Notes: a model not told the origin generated them from the sequence alone. Positions 1 through 10,708 are shown, counted from the first letter of the stretch. The stretch: DNA of 64,000 nt from Candidatus Helarchaeota archaeon (GCA_019058315.1 JAHPZH010000002.1:448001-512000); one strand, 5' to 3'. Numbers and translations: made by a program.

Positions 1-1
1 T

Positions 2-1684
2 ACTATATTAAAAAAACCTAGATTTGTAGATCCAACAAAATGCACCTCTGGATGTATAGAAGATTGTAGCAGTAATTGTCCAATTGATGTCCCTGACCGT
101 TTTAATAAATTTGGTTCTCATAAAGCTATTTATATCCCATTTCCCCAAGCAGTGCCTTTAATGGCAACAATAGATCAAGCTTATTGTATCGGTTGTAAAA
201 ATTGTGAAACATTTTGTAAAAGGGATGCAATTGATTTCACTCAAAAACCAGAAAAAATTAAAATTAAAGTCGGTACTATAATAGTTGCTTCTGGATTTGA
301 GGTTTATGATGCTTCCCTTTCATCTGAATATGGATATTCTCAATATCCTAATGTGATCACCGGATTAGAAATGGAGCGAATTTTAACTCCCTTTGGACCT
401 ACTCAAGGAAAATTAATTCGTCCCTCAGATGGAAAATCTATTAAAAAAGTGGCATTTATTCAATGCGTTGGTAGTAGGGATGAGACTATTGGTCGACCTT
501 ATTGCTCAAGAGTATGTTGTATGTATTCAATAAAGCAAGCTATTCAGATTAAGGAAAAAATCCAGGATGCAGAAATCTATATTCTTTATGTAGATATAAG
601 AAGTCAAGGGAAAGGCTATGAAGAATTTTACAAACGATCGTTAGAGGAAAATATACGGTACATAAAAGGTAGACCTAGTAAGGTGGTAGAAGATCCGATT
701 ACAAAGAACTTGATTATAAAAACCGAAGACGCTTTAATGGGTAGACAAGTTGAAATAGATGTGGATTTAGTAGTTCTTGCAGTTGGTATGGGGCCTTCTA
801 ATAATGCTGATAAACTTACTAAAATTTTAAATATATCTACTACCGAAGATGGTTTTTTTCAAGAAAGCCATTTAAAATTACGTTCTGAAGAATCTATATT
901 TCCTGGAATTTTCTTAGCAGGAACTGCACAATCTCCAAAAGATATCCAAGACACTATAGCTCATGCAAATGCAGCTGCATTAAAAGCAGCATCCATAATT
1001 CAAAAAGGAGAGATAATGATAGACCCAATTGCACCAAGAATTGATTATGAAAAGTGTACAAATTGTAAATTATGCGTTTGGGTATGTGATTCAAAAGCTA
1101 TTGAGTTTAAAGATGATAAAATAAAAATAAATGAAGCAGGATGTATTGGATGCGGTGCTTGTGCCGCATCTTGTCCTGAAGGAGCATTATCAATCCCTAA
1201 TTTTACGGAACAGCAAATTTTAGCACAAATTAGAGCTCTAGAAAAAACAGACTATCCCTATATAATTGGATTTCTATGTAATTGGTGTGCGTATGGTGCT
1301 GCAGATTTAGCAGGCACTAGTAAAATTGAATATCCTACAAATGTTAGACCAATTCGAGTTATGTGTGCAGGAAATGTCAGTCCTTCTTATGTAATTGAAG
1401 CCTTTTTAAATGGTGCCGATGGAGTTTTAATTGCAGGTTGTTATGAACACGATTGTCATTATCGCACAGGTTTTTCTAAAGCATTACAAAGAACCAAAAT
1501 TTTAAAAGATATTTTAGAACAGATGGGAATTAATAGTAAAAGATTACGTATAGAAAGTGCCTCGGCTTCAGAAGGTATCAAATTTAAGGAAATTATTGAA
1601 AATTTCGTTAATGAATTAGAAAAATTAGGTCCATTAGGGTCCGAACTAATTAAAATTGATATTGAAAGGGACACTAAAAAATGA
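2..1684 (+). CDS. hdrA: Heterodisulfide reductase subunit A fused to MvhD (5' truncated by window edge)
   Basis: Frame is open from position 2 (KKPRFVDPTKC...KAIYIPFPQAVP). Contains HdrA motifs FIQCVGSRD, YCSRVCCMYS and ferredoxin CxxCxxCxxxCP, then a C-terminal MvhD domain (FLCNWCAYGAADLAG, IRVMC, GCYEHDCHY). Confidence 0.93.
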   Translation, partial: TILKKPRFVDPTKCTSGCIEDCSSNCPIDVPDRFNKFGSHKAIYIPFPQAVPLMATIDQAYCIGCKNCETFCKRDAIDFTQKPEKIKIKVGTIIVASGFEVYDASLSSEYGYSQYPNVITGLEMERILTPFGPTQGKLIRPSDGKSIKKVAFIQCVGSRDETIGRPYCSRVCCMYSIKQAIQIKEKIQDAEIYILYVDIRSQGKGYEEFYKRSLEENIRYIKGRPSKVVEDPITKNLIIKTEDALMGRQVEIDVDLVVLAVGMGPSNNADKLTKILNISTTEDGFFQESHLKLRSEESIFPGIFLAGTAQSPKDIQDTIAHANAAALKAASIIQKGEIMIDPIAPRIDYEKCTNCKLCVWVCDSKAIEFKDDKIKINEAGCIGCGACAASCPEGALSIPNFTEQQILAQIRALEKTDYPYIIGFLCNWCAYGAADLAGTSKIEYPTNVRPIRVMCAGNVSPSYVIEAFLNGADGVLIAGCYEHDCHYRTGFSKALQRTKILKDILEQMGINSKRLRIESASASEGIKFKEIIENFVNELEKLGPLGSELIKIDIERDTKK

Positions 1685-1699
1685 TTGGAGGAAGTCTAA

Positions 1700-3001
1700 A
1701 TGAGCGAAATTACTGTTGAACTAGACATTCCTGATGAAAATAAACAAATTTTAAGATGGAAAGCAGAGGAATCTGAAAAAATCCTAATTTTTGATAATGA
1801 AAAATGTGTTGGATGCGGTATATGCCCAATTATTTGTCCCACAGAAGCTATTGAATTAATGCCAATTCCTGAAATCGCAACAGGAAACCTTGAAGCGCCT
1901 TACTGCGTTTTTGACCACGAAAAATGTATATACTGTGGTTTATGCGCAGCTCTTTGTCCAGTTAATGCAATTCAGTTCACTTTTAATAATACATCAGTTC
2001 TAGACATGTTAGATCGCTTAAAATTGGATAAAAAAATAGAGTTTGAAGAAAAAAAATGCTTACCATGTAAACTTTGTGAGCTATTATGTCCGCGTGATGC
2101 TATTGAAATTGATTTAAAAGTTCCTAAAAAGGAAGAATTGGTGATTTATCCAGGAGAACCTCCAAAAGTGGAGGGTAAAATAGAAATTAATGAAAAAAAT
2201 TGTATTTATTGCATGAACTGTGTTCTTCTTTGTGATGCCATCGAGATAGACGAAGTAGAACCTACTGCTGAATACCCAAAACCTGGAAAGAACCTACGTG
2301 TTAATTTGGATAAATGTGATTTTTGCGGACTTTGTGCACATGAAAAAGTCTGTCCAGTTGATGTTTTTAAAATTGAATGTTTTTCAGATGTTAATAGAAA
2401 AATTTTAGAGCCCGAATTAAAGGCAGAAGTGAAAATTAATGAAAAGGAATGTATTTCTTGTGGTTGGTGCCAAATACATTGCCCTACCGAAGCAATTAAA
2501 GTTCAAAAAGCTATTGAAGGAAAATTAGAGCTTACAAATATGGAAAAATGTGATCCTGTAGGATGTGTTGCATGTTATCAAATTTGTCCTACTAGAGCAC
2601 TTTATTCTCCTAAATCTTCAAAAGAAAAAATTATTCATAAAGAAGAATATTGCATATATTGCGGAGCATGTGAGCTCTCATGTCCTGAAAAGTTAATAAA
2701 AGTAGAACGAGAAAATATTAAATATACTGGAGATGAAACTGGACCTTGGACTTCTTCTTGGTTGAAGGCAATAGAACAAATTTCAGGAAAGCAATTTCCA
2801 GCCGTCTCAATTCGGGAAATTCCAATCACTATTGAAGAAATAAAAATTAAAATATCAAAAGTAAAAGAAATTCCTCCCTTAAAACCAGAAATTGAAAACA
2901 GAGTCAAACATAAATTATCAAAAATTAATGAAAAATTAAAAACGATTAAAACTCGGTTTTGGGTTGAAGGTCGAACAAAAAAAAGATTAGAGATTAAATA
3001 A
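1700..3001 (+). CDS. Polyferredoxin (FwdF/MvhB-like, about 8 [4Fe-4S] motifs)
   Basis: Repeated CxxCxxCxxxCP motifs; GGAGG SD upstream; directly follows hdrA-mvhD. Confidence 0.88.
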   Translation: MSEITVELDIPDENKQILRWKAEESEKILIFDNEKCVGCGICPIICPTEAIELMPIPEIATGNLEAPYCVFDHEKCIYCGLCAALCPVNAIQFTFNNTSVLDMLDRLKLDKKIEFEEKKCLPCKLCELLCPRDAIEIDLKVPKKEELVIYPGEPPKVEGKIEINEKNCIYCMNCVLLCDAIEIDEVEPTAEYPKPGKNLRVNLDKCDFCGLCAHEKVCPVDVFKIECFSDVNRKILEPELKAEVKINEKECISCGWCQIHCPTEAIKVQKAIEGKLELTNMEKCDPVGCVACYQICPTRALYSPKSSKEKIIHKEEYCIYCGACELSCPEKLIKVERENIKYTGDETGPWTSSWLKAIEQISGKQFPAVSIREIPITIEEIKIKISKVKEIPPLKPEIENRVKHKLSKINEKLKTIKTRFWVEGRTKKRLEIK

Positions 3002-3008
3002 GAAGGCG

Positions 3009-3551
3009 ATTAATACGGAAGAAGATTTTTGTAGCACTAAATGCGACGGTCATTGTTGTTGGTCTTATGTAGTTTTGATTACATCTGAAGATGCTATTCG
3101 ACTTTCAAAAAATTTAGATGCTTCTCCACTTGAATATTTAACTTTTTACGAAGGAAAAGTTGAAAAAAGTGGGTATTATCCATTAGTAATTATTAATGGT
3201 TATGAATCAGTTCTTGGGATTAAATACTCAGAAGAATTAACGGAACAAAATAAATGGCCTTGCCATTTCTTTGATATGAAGACCGGATTATGTCAAGTTC
3301 ATAAATTTAAACCGATGGTATGTGCTACATATCCATTTTCAATGGATGGCGAAGGTAATCTCGGGCATTTAGAAAAAATATTATGTCCAGAAAAATGGGA
3401 AGCACAGAAGAAAGATTCAGTTAGAAGTGTAATTAGAAAATCATGGCAGGAAGTTGGAAAATATAAAGAAAAAGCAAAAATTTGGAATGATAAATATAAA
3501 GACAATGGATTTGACGAATTTTTGCGATTTATGGGTTTACATAACATATAA
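3009..3551 (+). CDS. YkgJ/CxxCxxCC family Zn- or Fe-chelating cysteine-cluster protein
   Basis: The in-frame N-terminal motif CSTKCDGHCC lies upstream of the track start (3075). Also PCHFF, CQVHKFKPMVCATYPF. Probable ATT start at 3009; in-frame TAG at 2988. Confidence 0.8.
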   Translation: MNTEEDFCSTKCDGHCCWSYVVLITSEDAIRLSKNLDASPLEYLTFYEGKVEKSGYYPLVIINGYESVLGIKYSEELTEQNKWPCHFFDMKTGLCQVHKFKPMVCATYPFSMDGEGNLGHLEKILCPEKWEAQKKDSVRSVIRKSWQEVGKYKEKAKIWNDKYKDNGFDEFLRFMGLHNI

Positions 3552-3578
3552 TTTTTCTAAATTACGAAATATCTAAAT

Positions 3579-4616
3579 TTAAGAAGGATGAAATTCCCCT
3601 ATAATATTTATTGAGTGACCACATTTACTGCATTGATTTTTTTCTTTAATATTCCACTTATCTATTGAAAAACCAATTCGTCCAATTGTTTTATTACCAC
3701 AATTTGGACAATAAGTATTTTCTCCTTCAATCCCACGTATATTACCGCAATATACATAATGAAGTCCTAAATCCATGGCAATTTTACGAGCTTTGATAAC
3801 AGTTTCTACAGGAGTTGGAGGAACATTTGAAAGTTGAAACATTGGATAAAAACGACTAAAATGCAACGGAGTATCTGGTCCCAATTCTTTAAGGACCCAA
3901 TCTGATAATTCGCGTATTTCATCGGGTGAATCGTTATATCCTGGAATAATTAAATTAGTGCATTCAATGAATACTCCATTTTCCTTCATATATTTTGTTG
4001 CGTCCAAAATTGGTTTAACCTTCGGAACACCACAAATCTCTTTATAAAACTTATCAGTTATTGCTTTAATATCAACATTTGCAGCATCAAGCACCGAAGC
4101 TAATGGTTCTAATGCTTTAAGTGTTATATATCCATTTGTCACTAAAACATTTAATAAACCTTCATCATGTGCTAATTTACCACAATCTAAAATAAATTCA
4201 TAAAAAGTTATAGGTTCATTATAGGTATATGCAATTGATTTACAATTGCTTTTCTTAGCTGCTTCTACTATTTCTTCTGCCGTGAATTCCCTAAGTTGCA
4301 TTCTTTCGGCATCTATCTGAGAAATATCGTAATTTTGGCAGTTCAAGCATGATAAAGTACAACCTGCACTAGAAATAGAGTATGCCCATGAACCTGGCCA
4401 AAAATGGAATAATGGTTTTTTTTCAATCGGATCAGGAGTAGCTGCTGATAATCCTCCATACACTAATGAAAACAATGTTCCTCCTATATTTTTACGTGCT
4501 CCACATTTTCCCATCTCATTAGGCTTTAGTACACAATAATTTGGGCATAAATAACAACGAATAACTTCATTTGCCCGTTTATCCCACATTAAAGCCTCTT
4601 TTTTCAAAATGACCAC
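3579..4616 (-). CDS. AmmeMemoRadiSam-system radical SAM enzyme (PFL-activase-like), paralog 1
   Basis: CYLCPNYC N-terminal motif, DPIEKKPLFHF, CxxxCxxCQNYDISQ, NTYCPNCG. Confidence 0.9.
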   Translation of the reverse strand: MVILKKEALMWDKRANEVIRCYLCPNYCVLKPNEMGKCGARKNIGGTLFSLVYGGLSAATPDPIEKKPLFHFWPGSWAYSISSAGCTLSCLNCQNYDISQIDAERMQLREFTAEEIVEAAKKSNCKSIAYTYNEPITFYEFILDCGKLAHDEGLLNVLVTNGYITLKALEPLASVLDAANVDIKAITDKFYKEICGVPKVKPILDATKYMKENGVFIECTNLIIPGYNDSPDEIRELSDWVLKELGPDTPLHFSRFYPMFQLSNVPPTPVETVIKARKIAMDLGLHYVYCGNIRGIEGENTYCPNCGNKTIGRIGFSIDKWNIKEKNQCSKCGHSINIIGEFHPS

Positions 4617-4682
4617 TCTCTATTATCATTAATTTAATAATATAGAATTTGAAGTAAAAAAACTGATTCTAATATTAAAAAA

Positions 4683-5711
4683 TTAATTTATTAATGCAAT
4701 TTTATACCCACAAACGGGACATTTATTATCTTTTGTTAACTTATTTTTTGTTACATCAAAGATAAACCGTTCTAATAATAATTCTTTACAGTTTGGGCAA
4801 TAAGTATTTTCTCCAGAATGTCCTGGAACATTTCCTAGATAAGTATATAAAAGTCCTTTATCAAAACCTATTTTTCTCGCTTTTTCCAGAGTTTTTATAG
4901 GAGTTGGAGGGTTTGAAAATTTATATTGAGGATAATATCTCGTAACATGCCAAGGAGTTTCTTCACCTAACTCCAATTTTATCCTAGAAGCAATTTCTTC
5001 AAAAATATCCTCGGAATCATTAACTTCGGGTATCACAAGAGTAGTTATTTCTATATGAACACCTTTTTCTTTGGCAAATTTAGCATTTCGATAGACTTTT
5101 TCAATATCAGCTCCACAATATTTCTTTACAGCTTGTGCATTTCCCTTTATATCAATATTCATAGCATCTAATCCACTTTCAATTAGTAACTTTAAAGCTT
5201 CTAGAGTCATATATCCATTAGTTACATAATTATTATATAATCCATGTTTCTTTGCTATCCGAAATGCCTCTAAAGAATGCTCTAATAATAATGTGGGTTC
5301 ATTAAAACTATAACTTAGACCTTGAGCTTTACGCTCCAAAGCCAATTTTACTAATTTTTCTGGTGAAATATAATTACATGCATCTGGGATTGGTTCTCTT
5401 TTTGAGATATCATAATTTTGACACCAAGGACAATTGAAGTTACATGAATAGCTTCCTATGGTGAGTGCATAAGAATTGGGAAAAAAATGAAAAAAAGGTT
5501 TTTTTTCAATAGGATTCAATGAGATTGATGAAATATCACCATAAATAACTGTAAATAAAATATTATCAATATTTTTACGTGTTTTACAGCGACCAAATTG
5601 ACCAATTTTTAACAAACATCTGTGTTCGCATGTAAGACATTGTAATTTTTCATTATCTCTCCTAAAAAGAAGTGCTTCTTTAATACATGGACTAATTACC
5701 TTAATCACCAA
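4683..5711 (-). CDS. AmmeMemoRadiSam-system radical SAM enzyme, paralog 2
   Basis: CLTCEHRC, NPIEKKPFFHF, CNFNCPWCQNYDIS, NTYCPNC. Confidence 0.9.
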   Translation of the reverse strand: MVIKVISPCIKEALLFRRDNEKLQCLTCEHRCLLKIGQFGRCKTRKNIDNILFTVIYGDISSISLNPIEKKPFFHFFPNSYALTIGSYSCNFNCPWCQNYDISKREPIPDACNYISPEKLVKLALERKAQGLSYSFNEPTLLLEHSLEAFRIAKKHGLYNNYVTNGYMTLEALKLLIESGLDAMNIDIKGNAQAVKKYCGADIEKVYRNAKFAKEKGVHIEITTLVIPEVNDSEDIFEEIASRIKLELGEETPWHVTRYYPQYKFSNPPTPIKTLEKARKIGFDKGLLYTYLGNVPGHSGENTYCPNCKELLLERFIFDVTKNKLTKDNKCPVCGYKIALIN

Positions 5712-5750
5712 TAAAAAATTAGGAAAAATTTATTTAATTTAAGTTGAGAA

Positions 5751-6476
5751 TTATGGGTTTCTTTCCATAAAAGACTTTAAAGAACGAATGACTTTTAGTA
5801 GCTCCCAACATTTTACTTGATCGCCTTCACGTAATATATTTTGAAGAAACTGACCAAATTCCCCTCTACTGACAAATTTTGAAAACTCATCTAATTCCCA
5901 TAATAAATTCTTCATATCTGTATCTTGGGATGTTGAGGCCCAAGAAGATGAGGGTACTGGTTGTGACGTCTGTTCTACTTGATAAGTAGTTTCATAAGTT
6001 TCAGCGGGTTGGGTATATTGTTGTTCATATGTCTGTGCAACCTCTGGTTGTGTAGCTACTGGAGCAGCGGGCTGATATGCTTCAACAGGTGCAGCTCCAG
6101 TTCCAATTGAATCATTTGCACGAGCTACATCCATATAAGCAACTCCAGCTCCTCCATCAGGTGTAACATATGCAATAGTTATATATTGATCCTTAAAATT
6201 TGCACAAACTATATGACCTTGTCCCATTATATTAGTGGCTACTAATCTCTCCTGAGTACATTGTAATGTTGAATATTTTATTCCTTGTACAACTATACTG
6301 GGCTGTTGTTGTCGCCAAGAACTCAAAATAGTGATAATATCCGATGTGATGTCCCAATTATTAGTTTGGTATAATACACCACCAGCACCGTCGACAATCG
6401 TAACTGCAGTAACAGTATTATTAGCTGCGAGTAACCTTTTCACTGCGCTTTCATATTCTGCAGCCACTTTTTCCAC
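5751..6476 (-). CDS. Asgard (Loki-type) profilin with P/A/Q/T/Y-rich linker and extra C-terminal helical domain
   Basis: The first ~125 aa match the Loki profilin pattern (YQTNNWDI, VQGIKYSTLQ..ERLVATNIMGQGHIV, IAYVTPDGG). Confidence 0.82.
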   Translation of the reverse strand: MEKVAAEYESAVKRLLAANNTVTAVTIVDGAGGVLYQTNNWDITSDIITILSSWRQQQPSIVVQGIKYSTLQCTQERLVATNIMGQGHIVCANFKDQYITIAYVTPDGGAGVAYMDVARANDSIGTGAAPVEAYQPAAPVATQPEVAQTYEQQYTQPAETYETTYQVEQTSQPVPSSSWASTSQDTDMKNLLWELDEFSKFVSRGEFGQFLQNILREGDQVKCWELLKVIRSLKSFMERNP

Positions 6477-6702
6477 ACCAGTTTTTATCTAATTTGAAAC
6501 TGTCAATTCTAATTTTTATTTAAATTATATTTGATATTAATGCTAATTTTACTTATTATTTAAATGTTATATAACCAAGATAGTAATCTCTCTTATTTAT
6601 TAAATACTTTTCAATCTTAATTATTTTTCTTGTGATTTTTTTAAAAATAATAAGAAAATTTTAAGAATTTCTTTTTTCAAATTTTAAAATCTTGTGAAAA
6701 TT

Positions 6703-6960
6703 TTATTTTTTTAGCATTGCCATAAGCTCAGAATTTATAATTTCGACCTTATTTTTCGTTTTCGTTATTTTTGTTACGTTGAGTAATCCATCGATTTCAA
6801 GTGCCATTATACATTTAGTGAAGTCGGAATGAGATAAATTCTTATATTCCTTAATTAATCGAGTATAGAGGTCAGTGTCAGTCATCATTCCTTTATTTTT
6901 AAAAACAATTTCGAGTATAAGGTTTTTTAGTGGAATATTTCTCCAACGAATTTCTTTCAT
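6703..6960 (-). CDS. Small winged-helix protein downstream of cdc48
   Basis: wHTH pattern (MTDTDLYTRL...FTKCIMALEIDGLLNV). GGTGA SD favours the ATG at 6960 over 6972. Confidence 0.7.
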   Translation of the reverse strand: MKEIRWRNIPLKNLILEIVFKNKGMMTDTDLYTRLIKEYKNLSHSDFTKCIMALEIDGLLNVTKITKTKNKVEIINSELMAMLKK

Positions 6961-6982
6961 TATGTTCACCATTTATAGAAAA

Positions 6983-7046
6983 ATTGATACGCCCAATTCA
7001 GCCAATTCACTTTGATCCTTAGGGTAGCTGAATTAAACGCCCCAAT
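6983..7046 (-). other. Long G-U-containing RNA stem-loop (candidate structured RNA or terminator)
   Basis: On the minus strand GCGUUUAAUUCAGCUA pairs with UGGCUGAAUUGGGCGU: 16 contiguous bp including 5 G-U, 20-nt loop, GC-rich island in an AT-rich spacer. Confidence 0.5.
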
Positions 7047-7165
7047 CCTAGATTAGAATCAAGAAGATTTCTCTTATTTTCTAATTAAATAGAAGTAAAA
7101 AGATTAATTATTAAAAAATAGAATCTTCATGAATGAAAATTAATATGAGAATAAAAAAGTTGCTA

Positions 7166-9352
7166 TTAACCATACCTTTCTGAGCCAGTAGAAAACTTTG
7201 TCTGTTTGGATTTAGAATCCCAAACTTCATATTGGTTCAACATTTCTGGAGGACAGGATGGGCGTATTTTTTTAATAGCCTCTTTGAAATGCCTAATAGA
7301 TACTTTTTTTGCATTAATATCTTCTCTTAGGGCTAATAAACCAGCTTCTTGACAGCAACCTTGGATATCACTGCCTGCAAAATGTTCTGTCAATTTCACT
7401 AGTTCTTCAATATCTACTGATTCATCGATTGGCATCGGTTTTAAATATATTTTAAAGATTTCTCGGCGTGCATTGGCATCTGGTGGTTTAACTAATATAA
7501 CTCGATCAATACGACCATGTCTTATAAGTGCAGGGTCAACTAAATCTGGTCTATTAGTTGCAGCAATTACTACAACGTCTTTTAAAGATTCTAATCCATC
7601 AACTTCTGTTAATATTTGACTAATAACTCTAGATGTTACATGTGAATCTCCGATATCGAACCCTCTTCTTGGAGTAATTGCATCTATTTCATCAAAAAAG
7701 ATGATTGCGGGAGCTGCCGTTCTAGCTTTTCGAAAGACTTCACGTATTGCTTTCTCTGATTCTCCTACCCATTTTGAAAGTATCTCTGGTCCTTTTATAC
7801 TCAAGAAATTTGATTCACTTTCTTTTGCGACGGCTTTTGCTAATAATGTCTTACCACACCCTGGAGGACCAAATAATAGAATACCTTTTGGAGGGTCAAT
7901 TCCTATAGTAATAAATGCTTCAGGAGTTTTTAAGGGTAATTCAACAGCCTCTCTTAATTCTTGCTTAACTTCATCCAATCCACCAATATCTGACCAACTT
8001 ACATTCGGTGTTTCTATTAATACTTCTCTAATAGCAGAAGGTTGAATTTCTTTTAAAGCACTGAAAAAATCATTTGAATTAACAACTAATGAACCTAGAA
8101 TTTCATTTGGAATTTCTTCTTCATCTAGATTAAGTTGTGGTAAATATCGTCTTAGAGCATTCATTGCAGCTTCTCTACATAATGCAGCTAAATCTGCACC
8201 AACAAAGCCATGGGTTATGCTTGCGAATTCTTTCTTATCAATATCTTCCGCCAGTGGCATTCCACGAGTATGAATTTGTAAAATTTCTAATCGTCCTTCT
8301 TTATTCGGAACACCAATTTCAATTTCTCTATCGAATCTACCCGGTCTTCTCAAAGCGGGATCTAATGCATTAGGTCTATTTGTAGCCCCAATAACACATA
8401 CTCTACCTCTTGCATGCAGTCCATCCATCAACGCGAGTAATTGTGCTACAACTCTACGTTCAACTTCTCCCGTAACTTCTTCGCGTTTTGGAGCAATTGC
8501 ATCTAATTCATCTATAAAAATTATACTCGGAGCATTCTTTTCAGCATCCTCAAAAATGCTTCTAAGTTTTTTTTCTGATTCACCATAAAACTTAGACATA
8601 ACTTCTGGACCATTTATCGGTATAAAATGAGAATCAGATTCGTTGGCTACAGCCCTAATTAATAAAGTTTTACCACAACCTGGTGGACCTCGTAATAAAA
8701 CACCTTTAGGTGGAGTGATCCCTAGTCTTCTAAATAGCTCGGGATGCTTCAATGGTAGTTCAACCATTTCACGAATTTTCTTAATTTCTTCGTTAAGTCC
8801 ACCCACATCCTCGTAAGTTACAACAGATACCCCTTTAAGTTCTTCCTCAATAACTTTGCTAACTTTCAACTCAGTACCCGGTTTTATTACTACAACACCT
8901 TGTGGGCGTGTCATAATAATTTTAAAAGGCACTTTTTTAGAAATTCCAATCGGAACAAATAAAATATCACCCTTTGTAACAGGATAATTTAGCAATTTTC
9001 TCTTTATAAAGGTCTCTAGATAAGAATCTGACTGAACATTAATATCTGTTGGAGAAATTATAACACGATTGGCAATTTTTTCTTCTGCTTTATAAATTAC
9101 GACAAGTTCACTTAAACTAATGCCTGCATTCTTTCTTAATCTTCCATCCATTCTAATTATACTTCTATTCTGATCTTCTGGATATGCAGGCCATGCTATA
9201 GCCGCAGTAACACGTTTCCCTTTTATAGCTAATATATCTCCAGTCTGAACATTTAGTTTATTCATAATATCATTATCTACTCTTACAATTGAACGTCCAA
9301 CATCTCGCTGTTTCGCTTCTGCGACTCTAACTTGTATTTCGTTATCTTCCAA
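7166..9352 (-). CDS. cdc48: Cdc48/VCP/p97 AAA+ ATPase
   Basis: N-domain ([19 protein letters not shown]), two AAA modules (GPPGCGKT twice; FIDELD and FFDEID), C-terminal RYG. Confidence 0.97.
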   Translation of the reverse strand: MEDNEIQVRVAEAKQRDVGRSIVRVDNDIMNKLNVQTGDILAIKGKRVTAAIAWPAYPEDQNRSIIRMDGRLRKNAGISLSELVVIYKAEEKIANRVIISPTDINVQSDSYLETFIKRKLLNYPVTKGDILFVPIGISKKVPFKIIMTRPQGVVVIKPGTELKVSKVIEEELKGVSVVTYEDVGGLNEEIKKIREMVELPLKHPELFRRLGITPPKGVLLRGPPGCGKTLLIRAVANESDSHFIPINGPEVMSKFYGESEKKLRSIFEDAEKNAPSIIFIDELDAIAPKREEVTGEVERRVVAQLLALMDGLHARGRVCVIGATNRPNALDPALRRPGRFDREIEIGVPNKEGRLEILQIHTRGMPLAEDIDKKEFASITHGFVGADLAALCREAAMNALRRYLPQLNLDEEEIPNEILGSLVVNSNDFFSALKEIQPSAIREVLIETPNVSWSDIGGLDEVKQELREAVELPLKTPEAFITIGIDPPKGILLFGPPGCGKTLLAKAVAKESESNFLSIKGPEILSKWVGESEKAIREVFRKARTAAPAIIFFDEIDAITPRRGFDIGDSHVTSRVISQILTEVDGLESLKDVVVIAATNRPDLVDPALIRHGRIDRVILVKPPDANARREIFKIYLKPMPIDESVDIEELVKLTEHFAGSDIQGCCQEAGLLALREDINAKKVSIRHFKEAIKKIRPSCPPEMLNQYEVWDSKSKQTKFSTGSERYG

Positions 9353-9475
9353 AGTTTTTCAACCTTCTAAATATCTACAATAAAACTAGAAATTTGAATT
9401 CTAATCTAATAATATAATTCTTAATTTTTAATAATGTTAATTCTTTATTGAAAATCATATTTTTTAAAAAAATGG

Positions 9476-10708
9476 ATGGAAAGAAAACTGAAAAATTCAA
9501 ATGGTACTGATATAGCAATTATAGGTGGGGGTCCTTCAAGCGCCTTTGCGGCAATTGAGGCTTTAAAAAGAAAGAAAGAAGTTGAGATTTTTGAAGAACA
9601 TTCAAAAATCGGAATCCCGATTCAATGTGCAGGTCTAATAAGCCATTCTGGTTTTAAACGGTTAAAAATTAAAGTTCCAAAGAATTGTATACAAAATAAG
9701 GTTAGAGGATCGATTATCTATTCACCAAATAATAAAAAAGTAGTTATTAAAAGAAAATCAACGCAAGCTTTGGTAATAGATAGAAGTTTATTAGATAAAT
9801 TTTTAATTCGCAATGCTGAAAATTTGGATGGAAAAATACACATAAAAGCACGAGTTTTAGAATTAATAAAAGGAAAAAATAATAACGTTCTCGGAATTAA
9901 AGTAAAAAAAGATGGAAAAATTATCGAAAAATATTCTAAAATCATAATCGATGGGGAGGGGGTTCAAGCAAAGTTTATTCGTCAAGTTGGGTTACCAAAA
10001 GTTAAAAGATCATATATTATACCCGCTGTCCAATATGAAATGAGCAATGTGGATATAATAAAAGATTTTGTTGAAATGTTTTTTGGCAGAAGAATTTCTC
10101 CTGGTTTTTTTGCATATATTATTCCAACATCTGAAGAAACTGCAAGGGTTGCAGCTGCAACAAATTATGGAAGACCGATAGATTATCTTAAATATTTCAT
10201 TAAACGACATCCAATAGCTTCAAAAAAATTGCAAAGGGGTAAAATTGATAAAATTTCAGCCGGATCTATTCTCATTGGTGGTCCAATTAAAAAAACTTAC
10301 TCGAATCAATTTCTAGGAATAGGAGATGCTGTTGGTCATGTAAAACCCACAACAGGGGGAGGTGTAGTTCTAGGTGGTTTGTGTGCTAAAATAGCTGGTG
10401 AGGTTGCATCAGAAGCAATCGATAAAAATGATACCTCTGAAAATTTTTTAGTGAAATATGATAAATTATGGAGAGATAAATTCGGAAGAGAATTTCAGTA
10501 TCAAAAAATATTACGATTATTAATAAATAATGTTCCGGACAAAATATTGGATAAAGGTTTTGAAGCAATATCAAAAAATAATATCCCAGAATTGGTAGAA
10601 GAAATAGGTGACATGGATATTCAATCTAATATTCTAAAAAAAGTCTTATTTTCACCAAGAATTTTCAAACTTTTAATTTCATTCATTTATGCTCTAATTT
10701 TCCCTTAA
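9476..10708 (+). CDS. Geranylgeranyl reductase family flavoprotein (DGGGPL reductase-like)
   Basis: IIGGGPSS, PIQCAGLIS, SPGFFAYIIP, GDAVGHVKPTTGGGV. Confidence 0.88.
   Translation: MERKLKNSNGTDIAIIGGGPSSAFAAIEALKRKKEVEIFEEHSKIGIPIQCAGLISHSGFKRLKIKVPKNCIQNKVRGSIIYSPNNKKVVIKRKSTQALVIDRSLLDKFLIRNAENLDGKIHIKARVLELIKGKNNNVLGIKVKKDGKIIEKYSKIIIDGEGVQAKFIRQVGLPKVKRSYIIPAVQYEMSNVDIIKDFVEMFFGRRISPGFFAYIIPTSEETARVAAATNYGRPIDYLKYFIKRHPIASKKLQRGKIDKISAGSILIGGPIKKTYSNQFLGIGDAVGHVKPTTGGGVVLGGLCAKIAGEVASEAIDKNDTSENFLVKYDKLWRDKFGREFQYQKILRLLINNVPDKILDKGFEAISKNNIPELVEEIGDMDIQSNILKKVLFSPRIFKLLISFIYALIFP

Noticed and set aside
1682-1699. Selenocysteine readthrough at the hdrA-mvhD TGA
   Set aside because: All conserved Cys positions are encoded as Cys, the TGA follows the domain end, and a TAA follows five codons later.
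6983-7046. Hairpin as a SECIS element or tRNA fragment
   Set aside because: The flanking genes have no in-frame TGA, and there is no AUGA/GA core or T-arm motif.
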